The notes under the pieces are model-generated. The model did no database searches, was not told the origin of the DNA, and saw only the letters and a program-made list of their open reading frames with translations. A program made the position numbers and the translations under genes. From Escherichia phage vB_Eco_BGP, in the sequence record OZ035849: 64,000 nucleotides of DNA; one strand, given 5' to 3'. Positions within the stretch are counted from its first letter, which is position 1. Every line of letters starts with the position of its first letter. This document shows positions 43,804 to 54,421 of this stretch, piece after piece.

Positions 43804-43971
43804 ATGTCAGATAAGATTTGTGTTGTCTGTAAAACTCCAATCGATTCTGCATTGGTTGTTGAAACAGACAAAGGTCCTGTACATCCTGGGCCTTGCTATA
43901 ATTACATTAAAGAACTACCAGTTTCAGAAAGTTCGGAAGAACAATTAAATGAAACACAACTTTTGCTATAG
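43804..43971 (+). CDS. small Cys-containing hypothetical protein (uvsY.-2-like)
   Basis: 55 aa from ATG 43804 after SD GAGGAG; MSDKICVVCKTPIDS...; TATAAATA at 43771-43778; below ORF-track cutoff. Confidence 0.55.
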   Translation: MSDKICVVCKTPIDSALVVETDKGPVHPGPCYNYIKELPVSESSEEQLNETQLLL

Positions 43972-44026
43972 TGTGACCTTTAGTCTATAGTTTTGGCCCT
44001 TCCTTTTTGGTTGGGCCTTTTTTAAT

Positions 44027-44269
44027 TTAAAAGCTTTCTTCTACTTCATCGTCTGAATCTTCTAATTCAGCTCTTTTTCCTGCCAAAGCATCTCTTACAG
44101 AGATGTCATCAGTATCTTTTAATTCAGTTTCTTTGACTCTTTTCTTATAATAAGCTTCAAGTTCTTCTAAACCTTCTAATGTTTGACAAGAGGCAATTTT
44201 ACCCATAAATTCATCAATAGAAGCTTCATAAAGAAATTGTTTAAATCCTAGTAACATCTTTTTCTCCAA
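44027..44269 (-). CDS. UvsW.1 small acidic protein
   Basis: 80 aa ORF immediately downstream of uvsW on the same strand. Confidence 0.75.
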   Translation of the reverse strand: MEKKMLLGFKQFLYEASIDEFMGKIASCQTLEGLEELEAYYKKRVKETELKDTDDISVRDALAGKRAELEDSDDEVEESF

Positions 44270-44282
44270 AGGGCCGAAGCCC

Positions 44283-45794
44283 TTATAAATTAACTGTTTT
44301 CATTACGTAATTAAATTTTTCATCTGCGTAGCGCTGAATACGATCAATGCCGTGTTTTAAAAGATAGTTCAAATGAACATATTTCTTTTTCGTATTAGCA
44401 GATTTTGGCTTAACGCCCGCGTCATCTATAAGATCCCAGACTGTTGCTATTGTCTTAGAACCATGCTTACGTAATACACGACCGATTGTTTGTAATACAA
44501 TGATTTTTGATTTAACACCGTGCGCTAAAACAACGTGATGTAGATTTTTAACTGAAATACCAGTAGAAAATACACCATAACTAGCTACTATAATTATTCC
44601 TTTACCATTTTCAGCTAAGGTTTTCATTATATTGCGGGTTTCGGTATCAACTTCCCCTGATACGTAATAAACTTTATCGTATTCATTTTTAATTAAATCG
44701 AAAATAGCTTTACCATGCGATACATGTTTAAACATGACAAAAGCGTTTTCATCTTTTTGTGCAAGCTTAATAGCTAATTTAGCGATCCATTTATTTCTTT
44801 TACTGAGCCCAGTAATAATTTTTATTTCTTCTTGGTAAGTTTTTCCCTTTAATTTAGTAGTGAACTCATCGGGATAGCGAAGAAAAATACTATTAATTTT
44901 TAACTCAGTTACTTGTCCATCTTCCATTAATTTAGAGGTCGTTACTGGCTTAAATATTTCACCAAACATTCCAACATACTGCATGATATTGGCTTTGCCG
45001 TCACGTAATGAACCAGACAAACCAAATTTAAACATACAGTTATTTAAACCTGATATGATAGATGAAATACTTTTTCCTGTAGCAAGATGGCATTCATCAT
45101 TCATCATCATTCCAAACTGTGAGAACCATTCTTTCGGTTGTTTTACTACAGTTTGCCATGTACCAACAACGACTGGTGCATCATTTTTATATTTATCATC
45201 TTTTGATGCTCCGCCACCAATTTTCTTTATCATTGCATGACTGAATAGACGATAGTCGACGAAGTCATCAGCCATCTGAGTTGTCAGAGCAGTTGTTGGA
45301 ACAATGATAAGAATTTTACCTTCATAATTTTCCAAATAATATCGCGCAAGCAAAGCTTGAATTAACGATTTACCAGCGGATGTTGGAAGATTAAGAATTC
45401 TACGACGATTAACTAATCCTTCGAACACTGCATCTTTTTGATACCAGTGTGGTTCAATTCTTTTATTTCCTGAATAGATTTCTAATTTAGAAAGCCATTC
45501 ATCAAAATCTTTTCTTGATAATTCTTCTTTTTCATTAATTTGTGGGTCAATCCAGGCTTTATAGCCAAAGTTATCACAGAACTTTTTAATTTGCCCGACT
45601 AAGCCGAATGGAAGAAGACGATTATAATCTAAAAGACGGATTCGTCCATCCCAGTGGCCATATCTGTACTTCGGATTAAAACGATACCCATCAGCTTCAA
45701 AGCTAAAGAAATCACGGAGTTCATGAAATGTACTTTCTTCACAATCAATTCTCACGTGACTAAAATCATAAAAATGTACTTTAATGTCAGTCAT
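44283..45794 (-). CDS. uvsW: UvsW SF2 DNA helicase
   Basis: 503 aa; Walker A LPTSAGKS, DECH box (MMNDECHLAT); same length as T4 UvsW. Confidence 0.95.
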   Translation of the reverse strand: MTDIKVHFYDFSHVRIDCEESTFHELRDFFSFEADGYRFNPKYRYGHWDGRIRLLDYNRLLPFGLVGQIKKFCDNFGYKAWIDPQINEKEELSRKDFDEWLSKLEIYSGNKRIEPHWYQKDAVFEGLVNRRRILNLPTSAGKSLIQALLARYYLENYEGKILIIVPTTALTTQMADDFVDYRLFSHAMIKKIGGGASKDDKYKNDAPVVVGTWQTVVKQPKEWFSQFGMMMNDECHLATGKSISSIISGLNNCMFKFGLSGSLRDGKANIMQYVGMFGEIFKPVTTSKLMEDGQVTELKINSIFLRYPDEFTTKLKGKTYQEEIKIITGLSKRNKWIAKLAIKLAQKDENAFVMFKHVSHGKAIFDLIKNEYDKVYYVSGEVDTETRNIMKTLAENGKGIIIVASYGVFSTGISVKNLHHVVLAHGVKSKIIVLQTIGRVLRKHGSKTIATVWDLIDDAGVKPKSANTKKKYVHLNYLLKHGIDRIQRYADEKFNYVMKTVNL

Positions 45795-45844
45795 GTCTAA
45801 ATACCATGTAATAAATATATCTATATTTATACTGAGGAAATATT

Positions 45845-46525
45845 ATGATAGATAAAGATTATATTGCAGAGCTGAAGGCTCTTGATGATAACAAAGAAGC
45901 TAAAGCTAAATTAGCTGAATATGCTGAACAGTTTGGTATAAAGGTCAAAAAGAATAAATCTTTTGATAATATCGTTGTTGATATTGAAGAAGCCCTCCAG
46001 AAGCTCGCTAGTGAACCTATGCCAGAGACTGATGGGTTATCTATTAAAGACTTAATTGATGCTGCTGATGCTGCAGAGGGATTAAAATATGACGATGAAG
46101 AAGTCAATCCAGAAGCAGCACTTCTGATTGATTCTCCGGTTAAATCTGACATTAAAATTGAAGTAGTAGAAACGGATAAAATTCCTGAAAATACCGATGT
46201 TTTGATTGAAGATACTCCTTTTGTTGAAGAAAAATTCGAGCAGGCTGTAGCTGAGATTATTGAATCTGAAAAGCTGTCTGTATTTACTCTTCCGGAAAAC
46301 TTTAGTCCGAATCTTCAGCTGATTGGAAAAAATCCAGGATTCTGCACCGTTCCTTGGTGGATTTACCAGTGGATTGCTGAAACTCCGGATTGGAAATCTC
46401 ACCCAACTAGTTTTGAGCATGCGTCAGCACACCAAACTTTATTTAGCTTAATTTATTACATTAACCGTGACGGATCAGTTTTAATTCGTGAAACACGCAA
46501 TTCTTCTTTCGTAACATTAAAATAA
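45845..46525 (+). CDS. inh: Inh, inhibitor of prohead protease
   Basis: 226 aa, same length as T4 Inh; synteny beside hoc. Confidence 0.9.
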   Translation: MIDKDYIAELKALDDNKEAKAKLAEYAEQFGIKVKKNKSFDNIVVDIEEALQKLASEPMPETDGLSIKDLIDAADAAEGLKYDDEEVNPEAALLIDSPVKSDIKIEVVETDKIPENTDVLIEDTPFVEEKFEQAVAEIIESEKLSVFTLPENFSPNLQLIGKNPGFCTVPWWIYQWIAETPDWKSHPTSFEHASAHQTLFSLIYYINRDGSVLIRETRNSSFVTLK

Positions 46526-46534
46526 GGATAACTT

Positions 46535-47953
46535 ATGACTTTTACAGTTGATATAACTCCTAAAACACCTACTGGAGTTATAGATCAGACTCAGCAGTTT
46601 ACTGCTACACCCAGTGGTCAAACTGGAGATGGACCTATTACATATGCTTGGACTGTAGACGACGCTCCACAGGAAGAAACGTCAGCAACTTTTAGTTATG
46701 TACTAAAAGGACCTGCCGGTCAAAAGACTATTAAAGTAGTTGCAACCAATCAAGTTGCAGAATCTGAACCTGAAACAGCTGAAATTAGTACAACTATCAC
46801 AGTTCAAAATAAAACTCAGTCAACTACGTTGGCAGTAACTCCTGGTAGCCCTGATGCTGGAGTGATTGGAACCCCAGTTCAATTTACCGCTGCCTTAGCT
46901 TCACAGCCATCAGGTGCAAACGCTACGTATCAATGGCACGTTGACGGTTCTCCTGTAGACGAAGCAACTGACGCTACATTCAATTACACTCCTGACACAA
47001 GCGGAGTTAAAAAAATCAAGTGTGTAGCTCAAGTAACTGCGGCAGATTATGATACACTAAGCGTTACTTCTAATGAAGTATCACTGACTGTTAATAAAAA
47101 GACGCAGACGACTACTTTGGCAGTAACTCCTGATAGTCCTCCAGCAGGAGTAATTGGAACCCCAGTTCAATTTACTGCTGCCTTAGCTTCGCAGCCGCTA
47201 GGAGCATCTGCTACGTATCAGTGGTATGTAGATGATTCACAAGTTGGTGGAGAAACTACTACTACATTTAACTATACTCCTACCACAGTTGGAGCTAAAA
47301 CAGTTAAGTGTGTAGCGCAAGTAACTGCAGAAAATTACAATGAAAAGGAAGTTACTTCTAATGAAGTATCATTAACAGTTAATAAGAAAACAATGAATCC
47401 ACGGGTTACATTGACTCCTCCTTCTATTAACGTTCAGCAAGATGCTTCGGCTACATTTACTGCTAATGTTACGGATGCTCCAGAAGAAGCACAAATCGAA
47501 TATTCATGGAAGAAAGATTCTTCTCCAGTAGAAGGGTCAACTAATGTATACACTGTTGATACATCATCTATTGGAAGTCAAACTATTGAAGTTACTGCAA
47601 CTGTTACTGCTACTGATTATGATAGCAAAACTATCACAGCAGAAGGTCAAGTTCAGGTAACTGATAAAGTTGCTCCAGAACCAGAAGGTGAATTGCCTTA
47701 TGTTCATCCTCTTCCACATCGCACTTCAGCTTACATCTGGTGCGGTTGGTGGGTTATGGATGAAATCCAAAAAATGACTGAAGAAGGTAAAGATTGGAAA
47801 ACTGAAGATCCAGATAGTAAATACTACCTGCATCGTTACACTCTTCAGAAGATGATGAAAGACTATCCAGAAGTTGATGTCCAAGAATCGCGTAATGGAT
47901 ACATCATTCATAAAACTGCTTTAGAAACTGGTATCATCTATACCTATCCATAA
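46535..47953 (+). CDS. hoc: Hoc outer capsid decoration protein, extended form with an extra Ig-like domain
   Basis: 472 aa (T4 Hoc ~376 aa); N- and C-terminal sequences as T4 Hoc; internal 96-aa Ig-like unit present twice in tandem. Confidence 0.92.
   Translation: MTFTVDITPKTPTGVIDQTQQFTATPSGQTGDGPITYAWTVDDAPQEETSATFSYVLKGPAGQKTIKVVATNQVAESEPETAEISTTITVQNKTQSTTLAVTPGSPDAGVIGTPVQFTAALASQPSGANATYQWHVDGSPVDEATDATFNYTPDTSGVKKIKCVAQVTAADYDTLSVTSNEVSLTVNKKTQTTTLAVTPDSPPAGVIGTPVQFTAALASQPLGASATYQWYVDDSQVGGETTTTFNYTPTTVGAKTVKCVAQVTAENYNEKEVTSNEVSLTVNKKTMNPRVTLTPPSINVQQDASATFTANVTDAPEEAQIEYSWKKDSSPVEGSTNVYTVDTSSIGSQTIEVTATVTATDYDSKTITAEGQVQVTDKVAPEPEGELPYVHPLPHRTSAYIWCGWWVMDEIQKMTEEGKDWKTEDPDSKYYLHRYTLQKMMKDYPEVDVQESRNGYIIHKTALETGIIYTYP
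46811..47386 (+). repeat. tandem duplication (2 x 288 bp) inside hoc encoding two copies of an Ig-like domain
   Basis: ttggcagtaactcct... recurs with a 288-nt period (46829 and 47117); encoded units QTTTLAVTP...EVSLTVNKKT ~75-80% identical. Confidence 0.85.
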
Positions 47954-47958
47954 TCATA

Positions 47959-47980
47959 AGGGGCTTCGGCCCCTTTCTTC
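47959..47980 (+). terminator. rho-independent terminator after hoc
   Basis: aggggcttcggcccct hairpin followed by ttctt. Confidence 0.7.
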
Positions 47981-48042
47981 ATTTTGAAAGCACACAAAAC
48001 ACACTCAGAAAATGATGTATATAATGGCACCAACTCGATAAC

Positions 48043-48258
48043 ATGAGATTGATTATGAGAACTGAGGTTGTGGTGTTTACTCTCCATGAGTCTGGAAAGT
48101 CATTCATTGAAATTGCTCGTGAATTGAACTTACAGGCAAAAGAGGTGGCTGTATTATGGGCTCGAGCTATGACTGCTAAGAATAAATTTGAAACTCGAGA
48201 AAAAGTTGTCTATAGAAAAAGACATATCAATAAAAAGGTGAAAAATGGAACAGTATGA
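48043..48258 (+). CDS. hypothetical protein
   Basis: 71 aa ORF; start uncertain (alternative ATG 48055). Confidence 0.55.
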   Translation: MRLIMRTEVVVFTLHESGKSFIEIARELNLQAKEVAVLWARAMTAKNKFETREKVVYRKRHINKKVKNGTV

Positions 48259-48523
48259 TCTTTATGAAAATGAATCTTTTGCTAATCAATTACGCGAAAA
48301 AGCATTCAAAAGTAAACAGTTTAAGCTAGAGTGTTTTATTAAAGATTTTTCGGAACTTGCTAATAAAGCAGCTGAACAAGGTAAAACACATTTTAATTAT
48401 TATTGTACTGCTCGCGATAAATTGATTACTGAAGAAATTGGTGATTGGCTGAGAAAAGAAGGATTCAGCTTTAAAGTTAATAGTGATCAGCGTGATGGTG
48501 ATTGGTTAGAAATTACATTTTGA
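48245..48523 (+). CDS. hypothetical protein
   Basis: 92 aa ORF upstream of rnlB. Confidence 0.65.
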   Translation: MEQYDLYENESFANQLREKAFKSKQFKLECFIKDFSELANKAAEQGKTHFNYYCTARDKLITEEIGDWLRKEGFSFKVNSDQRDGDWLEITF

Positions 48524-48532
48524 GGATTAATT

Positions 48533-49537
48533 ATGTTTAAAAAGTATAGCAGTCTTGAAAATCATTACAACTCTAAATTTATTGAAAAACTTTATAGCTT
48601 GGGATTGACTGGCGGCGAATGGGTAGCTCGTGAAAAGATTCACGGCACAAATTTCTCATTGATTATTGAGCGTGATAAAGTAACTTGCGCTAAACGTACT
48701 GGACCAATTCTTCCTGCTGAAGATTTCTTCGGTTATGAAATTATTTTAAAGAATTACGAAGATTCTATTAAAGCTGTCCAAGAAATTATGGAAACTTCAG
48801 CTGTTGTGACTTATCAAGTTTTTGGCGAATTCGCTGGACCTGGCATTCAGAAGAATGTTGATTATGGCGATAAAGATTTTTATGTATTTGACATTATTGT
48901 CACTACCGAAAGTGGTGATGTAACTTATGTTGATGATTACATGATGGAATCGTTTTGTAATTCATTTGGGTTTAAAATCGCTCCACTTTTGGGTCGTGGT
49001 AAATTTGAAGATCTTATTAAACTTCCAAATGATTTGGATTCTGTTGTTCCGTCTTATAATTTTACCGTAGATAATGCAGGTTTAATTGACGCTAACAAAT
49101 GTGTTTGGAAAGCTGAAGCCAAAGGCGAAGTATTTACCGCTGAAGGATATGTATTGAAACCTTGTTATCCTTCTTGGCTGCCTAATCGCAATCGTGTAGC
49201 CATCAAATGCAAGAATTCTAAATTTAGTGAAAAGAAAAAGTCTGATAAGCCTATTAAAGCTAAAGTTGAACTGTCAGAAGCTGATAACAAATTGGTGGGG
49301 ATTTTAGCTTGTTACGTTACACTAAACCGAGTAAATAACGTTATTTCTAAAATTGGCGAAATTGGTCCAAAAGATTTTGGAAAGGTGATGGGACTAACTG
49401 TTCAAGATATTTTGGAAGAAACTTCTCGTGAAGGTATTACTCTAACTCAAGCGGATAATCCTTCTTTGATTAAAAAGGAATTAGTTAAAATGGTACAAGA
49501 TGTACTTCGTCCGGCTTGGATTGAATTGGTAAGTTAA
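48533..49537 (+). CDS. rnlB: RNA ligase 2
   Basis: 334 aa, [45 protein letters not shown]..., ligase lysine motif KIHGTN; as T4 Rnl2. Confidence 0.95.
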   Translation: MFKKYSSLENHYNSKFIEKLYSLGLTGGEWVAREKIHGTNFSLIIERDKVTCAKRTGPILPAEDFFGYEIILKNYEDSIKAVQEIMETSAVVTYQVFGEFAGPGIQKNVDYGDKDFYVFDIIVTTESGDVTYVDDYMMESFCNSFGFKIAPLLGRGKFEDLIKLPNDLDSVVPSYNFTVDNAGLIDANKCVWKAEAKGEVFTAEGYVLKPCYPSWLPNRNRVAIKCKNSKFSEKKKSDKPIKAKVELSEADNKLVGILACYVTLNRVNNVISKIGEIGPKDFGKVMGLTVQDILEETSREGITLTQADNPSLIKKELVKMVQDVLRPAWIELVS

Positions 49538-49544
49538 ATAAAAA

Positions 49545-49560
49545 GGGACCGAAAGGTCCC
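49545..49560. terminator. bidirectional GC hairpin between rnlB and gene 24
   Basis: gggaccgaaaggtccc perfect hairpin between convergent genes. Confidence 0.7.
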
Positions 49561-49566
49561 TTTGTT

Positions 49567-50850
49567 TTATTCATCAATGATAATTTTTGGTAGCTTAACA
49601 CCTAATAAAACAGACAAATCTGAACGACCCGCCATTTTATCCATGTCTCCACCATCAATTACTCTTGCTTCTTTTTCATCTTTTGCTACGGTGTAAGGAT
49701 TTGCAGATAAAGCATATCTAACTAATAAACCGATAGATGGCTGCAAACTTTCTGGGTCAACAACAACTTTAAATGCACCTACATGTTCAGGGTCATCTAA
49801 GTCGAGACCTTCTGTATACGGAGCATAGAAAATTGATCCAACAATTTCTTTTTCACCGATATTTTCTACTACACCAACGATTACATAATCTAATGGGCTG
49901 TTAGTATCGCAATAAAGCGGTAAACCATTAGCTAAGAACCCGTAGGCATTTTGTGAAAGATATTTATCATCTTCTGGTTTATGTTTTAACCAACCTGATG
50001 CAGCAAGAATCGCAGCGGCACGAGCAGAAGCAACACAGAACGTTGCTGTATAAGTTGATTCTTTTTGGATATGTGAAACCATTTCACATACCATTCGGTA
50101 TAATGAACGACCTGCTTCAGGAGCAGATGCATAACTCAAATCGATGAATCCAGTATCAGTAATTCCTGTAACTTTATAGCGTTTTGACACTGTAATCAAA
50201 GACTGCAGAATATCTTTATTGATTTCATCTGCCATTTCGGTTGCAAGCAAATCTTCCAAGAAATTAGGAGCATCGAATCCATTTGCTTCTAAATCTTGTG
50301 CTAATTCAACTGTAATGCCAGTTTTAAGTTTACGAGATTTAACTGCGGTTTGCCATTTATTAATCTGGAATCTAGCATCCGCAATTTCACTATCAGAGCT
50401 TTCAAATTTGCTTGTTACTGCAGCATCAGAAAATAGACGAACCTTTAAAAGAACAATTGCAATCTGAAGAGCTAATTCTAAATCACTTTCTTCAATATCA
50501 GCAAATGGTGTATCTTCTAATACTTTATAAACGATATTATTATATTTGAATAAATCGCCTTTATTGAGAGTTAATTTAGACTCTTCTGTTAATTCTGTGA
50601 TTTGTTCTCGATCTACATATCCAGCTTCGCCGGCATAAGTAGCACCAGTTTTAAATGTAAATTCATTGTCTGGGTTAAGGTATTTGATACCATAAAAAGC
50701 AGCAACAGGTTGATTAGTTCTTTGCGTTGCTACAATGTCAGAATATATTAATTTAGTGGTAGCGCGAGTCAAAGCAACGAGATTTGGGCGACCGATTGAG
50801 TTGCTATTCGTTGTGGTTGATTCGCGCAGAAGTTCGTTGATTTTAGCCAT
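49567..50850 (-). CDS. 24: head vertex protein gp24
   Basis: 427 aa, same length as T4 gp24; paralogous to gp23. Confidence 0.95.
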   Translation of the reverse strand: MAKINELLRESTTTNSNSIGRPNLVALTRATTKLIYSDIVATQRTNQPVAAFYGIKYLNPDNEFTFKTGATYAGEAGYVDREQITELTEESKLTLNKGDLFKYNNIVYKVLEDTPFADIEESDLELALQIAIVLLKVRLFSDAAVTSKFESSDSEIADARFQINKWQTAVKSRKLKTGITVELAQDLEANGFDAPNFLEDLLATEMADEINKDILQSLITVSKRYKVTGITDTGFIDLSYASAPEAGRSLYRMVCEMVSHIQKESTYTATFCVASARAAAILAASGWLKHKPEDDKYLSQNAYGFLANGLPLYCDTNSPLDYVIVGVVENIGEKEIVGSIFYAPYTEGLDLDDPEHVGAFKVVVDPESLQPSIGLLVRYALSANPYTVAKDEKEARVIDGGDMDKMAGRSDLSVLLGVKLPKIIIDE

Positions 50851-50902
50851 TGCGCTTTCCTTTTGGTTTATATGATTTATTTATACCATAAAAACAACTA
50901 AA

Positions 50903-50918
50903 GGGACCCGAAGGTCCC
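50903..50918 (-). terminator. GC hairpin after gene 23
   Basis: gggacccgaaggtccc hairpin just downstream of gene 23 stop on the minus strand. Confidence 0.6.
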
Positions 50919-50933
50919 TTAAATCGTCAAAGA

Positions 50934-52499
50934 TTAGATACCTTTAACATATACACGGCGGAAGTAAGCGTTTTTACCAAGGCTATTCAGAATAGAAGGC
51001 ATACCGCTCTGGATGCGAGAAGCCGGAGCCTGAGCAGCGGATTCTGCAAATGGGTTGATACCGATACCGTAACGAGTTTTGAATCCCATTACCGGTTGGA
51101 AGTTCTTCGGATCGGAACCACGCAGCGGAGTCAGAGCTACATATGGAGCATAGTAAATACCAGCATCCATTTCGTTCGGACCTTTATAACCTACAGTGAA
51201 ATAATCCTGTTTAGCATACTGGTCGATATATACACGGTATTTACCACCCAGAACACCAGCAAATACTGACTTGGTAGTATCAGTGTTAAAGCCGGTAGCC
51301 AGACCTTGTGCAGCATAAGAAATGCCGGTATCAACTGAAGCCAGAACGTTAACTACGTTACGGGAAGCGATAATGAAGTTACCTTCACCACGACCGGTCT
51401 GACGAGCAATTTCAACTGCTTCTTTGTCAATCTGGAACAACAGAGCTTTAAAGGATTCACCTGCCCAGCGAGCACCACGAATATCGATTGGGTCCTGGAA
51501 GTCAAATACACCAGCTTTAGAACCCGGAGTCAGGGTCATACCAGATTTACCAACCTGAGCGGAGTAGTTAATCCAATCAACAACTTCGCGGTTGATTTCC
51601 AGCATAATTTCGGTAGCCAGAATACCAGACAGTTCAGCATCAGCATCCATACCGTGAACAGCGCGAAGGTCTTGTGCTAATTCAATAGAGTAAGCAGCTT
51701 TCAGCTGACGAGATTTAGCTTCGATAACTTGCTTATCGATACGGAAGCCCATTTCATTCCATGGGTTATCGGTAGAACCGTTAAAACCTTCCTGAAGTTC
51801 AGCGATAGAAGTAGCCATACCTTCAGCGATTTCTACCAGTACACCTGCTTCCATTTGTTTCTTAATTTCAGCATCTAATTTGTCTGCGTCAGATGCGCCT
51901 GAATCAATTTGTTTAACTTCTGTAGCTTGCAGATATACTGTACCAGTTTCCTGGAAGAAGTGAGTGTAAATAGTTCCGACTTCAAGAGTATCACTTGCTT
52001 TCAAAGCAGCGAATTTCTTAGCAGCACCCTGACCAGAGAACATTGCATCTGGACCATACATTGGGTGGAATGCTTCTTTAGCACCGGAAGCGATTGGGTC
52101 TTTACCGTATACTGCGCGCAGTGCGAATACCTGGCCAGTCGGGCTGTTCATCGGCTGAACACCACAAATATCGAAAGCAATCAGGTTAGGAATAGCACGA
52201 CGTACCATACCCATAACAGCTGGGCCAATCTGAGTTACTGCGCCAGAAGTCTGACCTGCAGCGATGTTAGTAGCATTGTAACCATGGTCACCGCCGATTT
52301 CAGCTTCTGTTAAGAAAGAACCAAATGCCTGAGCAATTTTTTCGTCTTTATATTCCGGAGCTGTCTGGAAATCTTTTTCCTGGTTTTCAAAGATTTTAGC
52401 GATAATCGCTTGTTTGCTATTAGCAATTTCCGGTAAACCTTCACCTTCCAGTAATGGCTTCCATTTGTTCAAAAGTTCAGCTTTAGTTTTGATAGTCAT
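50934..52499 (-). CDS. 23: major capsid protein gp23
   Basis: 521 aa, MTIKTKAELLNKWKPLLEGEGLPEIANSKQAIIAKIFENQEKDFQTAPEYKDEKIAQAFGSFLTEAEIGGDHGYNATNIAAGQTSGAVTQIGPAVMGMVRRAIP..., as T4 gp23. Confidence 0.97.
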   Translation of the reverse strand: MTIKTKAELLNKWKPLLEGEGLPEIANSKQAIIAKIFENQEKDFQTAPEYKDEKIAQAFGSFLTEAEIGGDHGYNATNIAAGQTSGAVTQIGPAVMGMVRRAIPNLIAFDICGVQPMNSPTGQVFALRAVYGKDPIASGAKEAFHPMYGPDAMFSGQGAAKKFAALKASDTLEVGTIYTHFFQETGTVYLQATEVKQIDSGASDADKLDAEIKKQMEAGVLVEIAEGMATSIAELQEGFNGSTDNPWNEMGFRIDKQVIEAKSRQLKAAYSIELAQDLRAVHGMDADAELSGILATEIMLEINREVVDWINYSAQVGKSGMTLTPGSKAGVFDFQDPIDIRGARWAGESFKALLFQIDKEAVEIARQTGRGEGNFIIASRNVVNVLASVDTGISYAAQGLATGFNTDTTKSVFAGVLGGKYRVYIDQYAKQDYFTVGYKGPNEMDAGIYYAPYVALTPLRGSDPKNFQPVMGFKTRYGIGINPFAESAAQAPASRIQSGMPSILNSLGKNAYFRRVYVKGI

Positions 52500-52517
52500 T
52501 TGTGTTAACCTTTAAAA

Positions 52518-53327
52518 TTAGAAACGAGATGCGACTTTCGCATATACACTTACAATATCTTCTGCACCCTGTGCAGCTTTATCTTCTACAGCTTCAGTGA
52601 CGAAATTCAGTCCGGCTGCTTCAGTATCAGGAGTATTTATACTCTCAGTAATAGTGCTTTCATCTTTATTAGATTTCTTCACCATTTCTACGATTGCACT
52701 CAATTTACTTGAGAATGCATCTGAATAATCCATACCTTCGACCAGAGCAGAGACTTTTTCTTTTTGAGACTCAGTCAGATCTTTAGTACTTTCGCTCAAT
52801 GCCACTTCACGCTGCACATAATTGATATATGCGTCACGCTTATTGAGTTCTTCGAACAGACGAGCTGATTCTTCTTTATGTTCTTGCAGCTCTTCTTCCA
52901 TTTCAGCTACAACATCAACTGATTCTTCTGGAACAACAACGTTGTGTTCAACAAAGAGCTCTTTTAATCCACCGAGCATGGATTCAAACAGTTCGGCTTT
53001 GATGCCTTTATCAACTGCTAATTTATTTTCAGCGAGCCATTCTTTCGCAAGATGGTCAATGAATTTAGAAGCTTGCTCAGCGATTTTCTTCTCAGCTTTT
53101 TCTTCGGCTTCTTCTTTATTTTTTTCTACTTCTTCTTCTGCTTTTTCAGCAATTTTAGCGATATGAGATTCAGCTAATTTAACGGCGTGCTGCTTGACGG
53201 TAGCTTCGAATACAGTGCCGAAAGTTTCTTTTGCTTCCGGAGAAATATTAACTGATTCGAAAATACTATCAAGAGCAACGGAAGCATCAATTTTCTGCGC
53301 TTCGGCAATCAGTTGTTCTTTAAGCAT
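52518..53327 (-). CDS. 22: prohead core scaffold protein gp22
   Basis: 269 aa, acidic coiled-coil-rich, same length as T4 gp22. Confidence 0.95.
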   Translation of the reverse strand: MLKEQLIAEAQKIDASVALDSIFESVNISPEAKETFGTVFEATVKQHAVKLAESHIAKIAEKAEEEVEKNKEEAEEKAEKKIAEQASKFIDHLAKEWLAENKLAVDKGIKAELFESMLGGLKELFVEHNVVVPEESVDVVAEMEEELQEHKEESARLFEELNKRDAYINYVQREVALSESTKDLTESQKEKVSALVEGMDYSDAFSSKLSAIVEMVKKSNKDESTITESINTPDTEAAGLNFVTEAVEDKAAQGAEDIVSVYAKVASRF

Positions 53328-53357
53328 TTTGTAGTCCTGTTGTTTAGATAATAATAT

Positions 53358-53996
53358 TTATAACGCTTTTTTCATGGCCTCTGCGAGAGCCATATAGGCG
53401 TCATCGGCACTTGTATCGGCTTCCGCCGTCTGTGATTCGGTAATTTCCTTAGGAGTTACCCATGCATCTGGAGCACTTGGACCCCATACTGCATCAACAC
53501 CTACAGTTAATTTGAATCCTTCGTTTACGATACGATAACCTTTATTTGTGTCAGTCAATGAACCTAATCCACGAGAAGAAACTCCTGGAATCCATCCGGC
53601 ACGAATATTAGCTGCTAATTTATCTCCAGGACCATGGTCACCTTCAATAACACGAGCTCGTCCGTATACGTCATTTCCTTTCCACCACATATCTTCTATA
53701 ATGATAGCGGCTTGCATCGGGTCAACATTAGCGCGTGGAGGATGATTTAATTCTCCGAGAGCTTGTTTAGTTAAAACTTGCTCATTAATATAGTCTTTTA
53801 CCGCTTTTTCTAATATGCGTTTTGGATAAAGACGTTTATTTCTATTGACGACTTCCGCTTGCATGAATATTCCTTCGATGTATAAACCCGGTTTTAAACC
53901 TAAGTCTTTTCCATCATGAGATTCAAGCATTGGTACGCCATCAATAATTTCGCCAGGTTGACCCCAAGTTTCAATTAGTAATTGGGGTTCATTCAT
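53358..53996 (-). CDS. 21: prohead protease gp21
   Basis: 212 aa, same length as T4 gp21. Confidence 0.95.
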   Translation of the reverse strand: MNEPQLLIETWGQPGEIIDGVPMLESHDGKDLGLKPGLYIEGIFMQAEVVNRNKRLYPKRILEKAVKDYINEQVLTKQALGELNHPPRANVDPMQAAIIIEDMWWKGNDVYGRARVIEGDHGPGDKLAANIRAGWIPGVSSRGLGSLTDTNKGYRIVNEGFKLTVGVDAVWGPSAPDAWVTPKEITESQTAEADTSADDAYMALAEAMKKAL

Positions 53997-54421
53997 TAGC
54001 TTAATCCTAATGCTTTACGGCGTTTAAGAGCTTTTTTACGCTTACGCTGAGCACGAGATTGACCTGCTGGATTGGCAATCTTCGTTTTGGTAGCTTTACG
54101 AGCAATTTGTCTACGTTTTGCTTTAGACAGCCCAGTGGTTTGAAATGCATTACGTTCACGCGTTTTGCGGTCTTTAGTGCGAGTAATTTCACCACGGGCA
54201 GAAACATGTTTAACGATGAATTCATTTAACGGCATATTTTCATTAATAGAAGCTAATGCAACCGCTAAATCAGTTTCATCATCAAGCATATTCTCGACAA
54301 TTGTATTTATATCGTCTTTATTTAAAGCAGAAGACAATTCGTCGAAGCGACCCTGTGCTTCAGGAATAAGTGCTTCGACATTCTCGAGAACTAATTCATG
54401 AGTTTCAGGGATCAGAAGCAT
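53996..54421 (-). CDS. 68: prohead core protein gp68
   Basis: 141 aa; synteny between 67 and 21. Confidence 0.9.
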
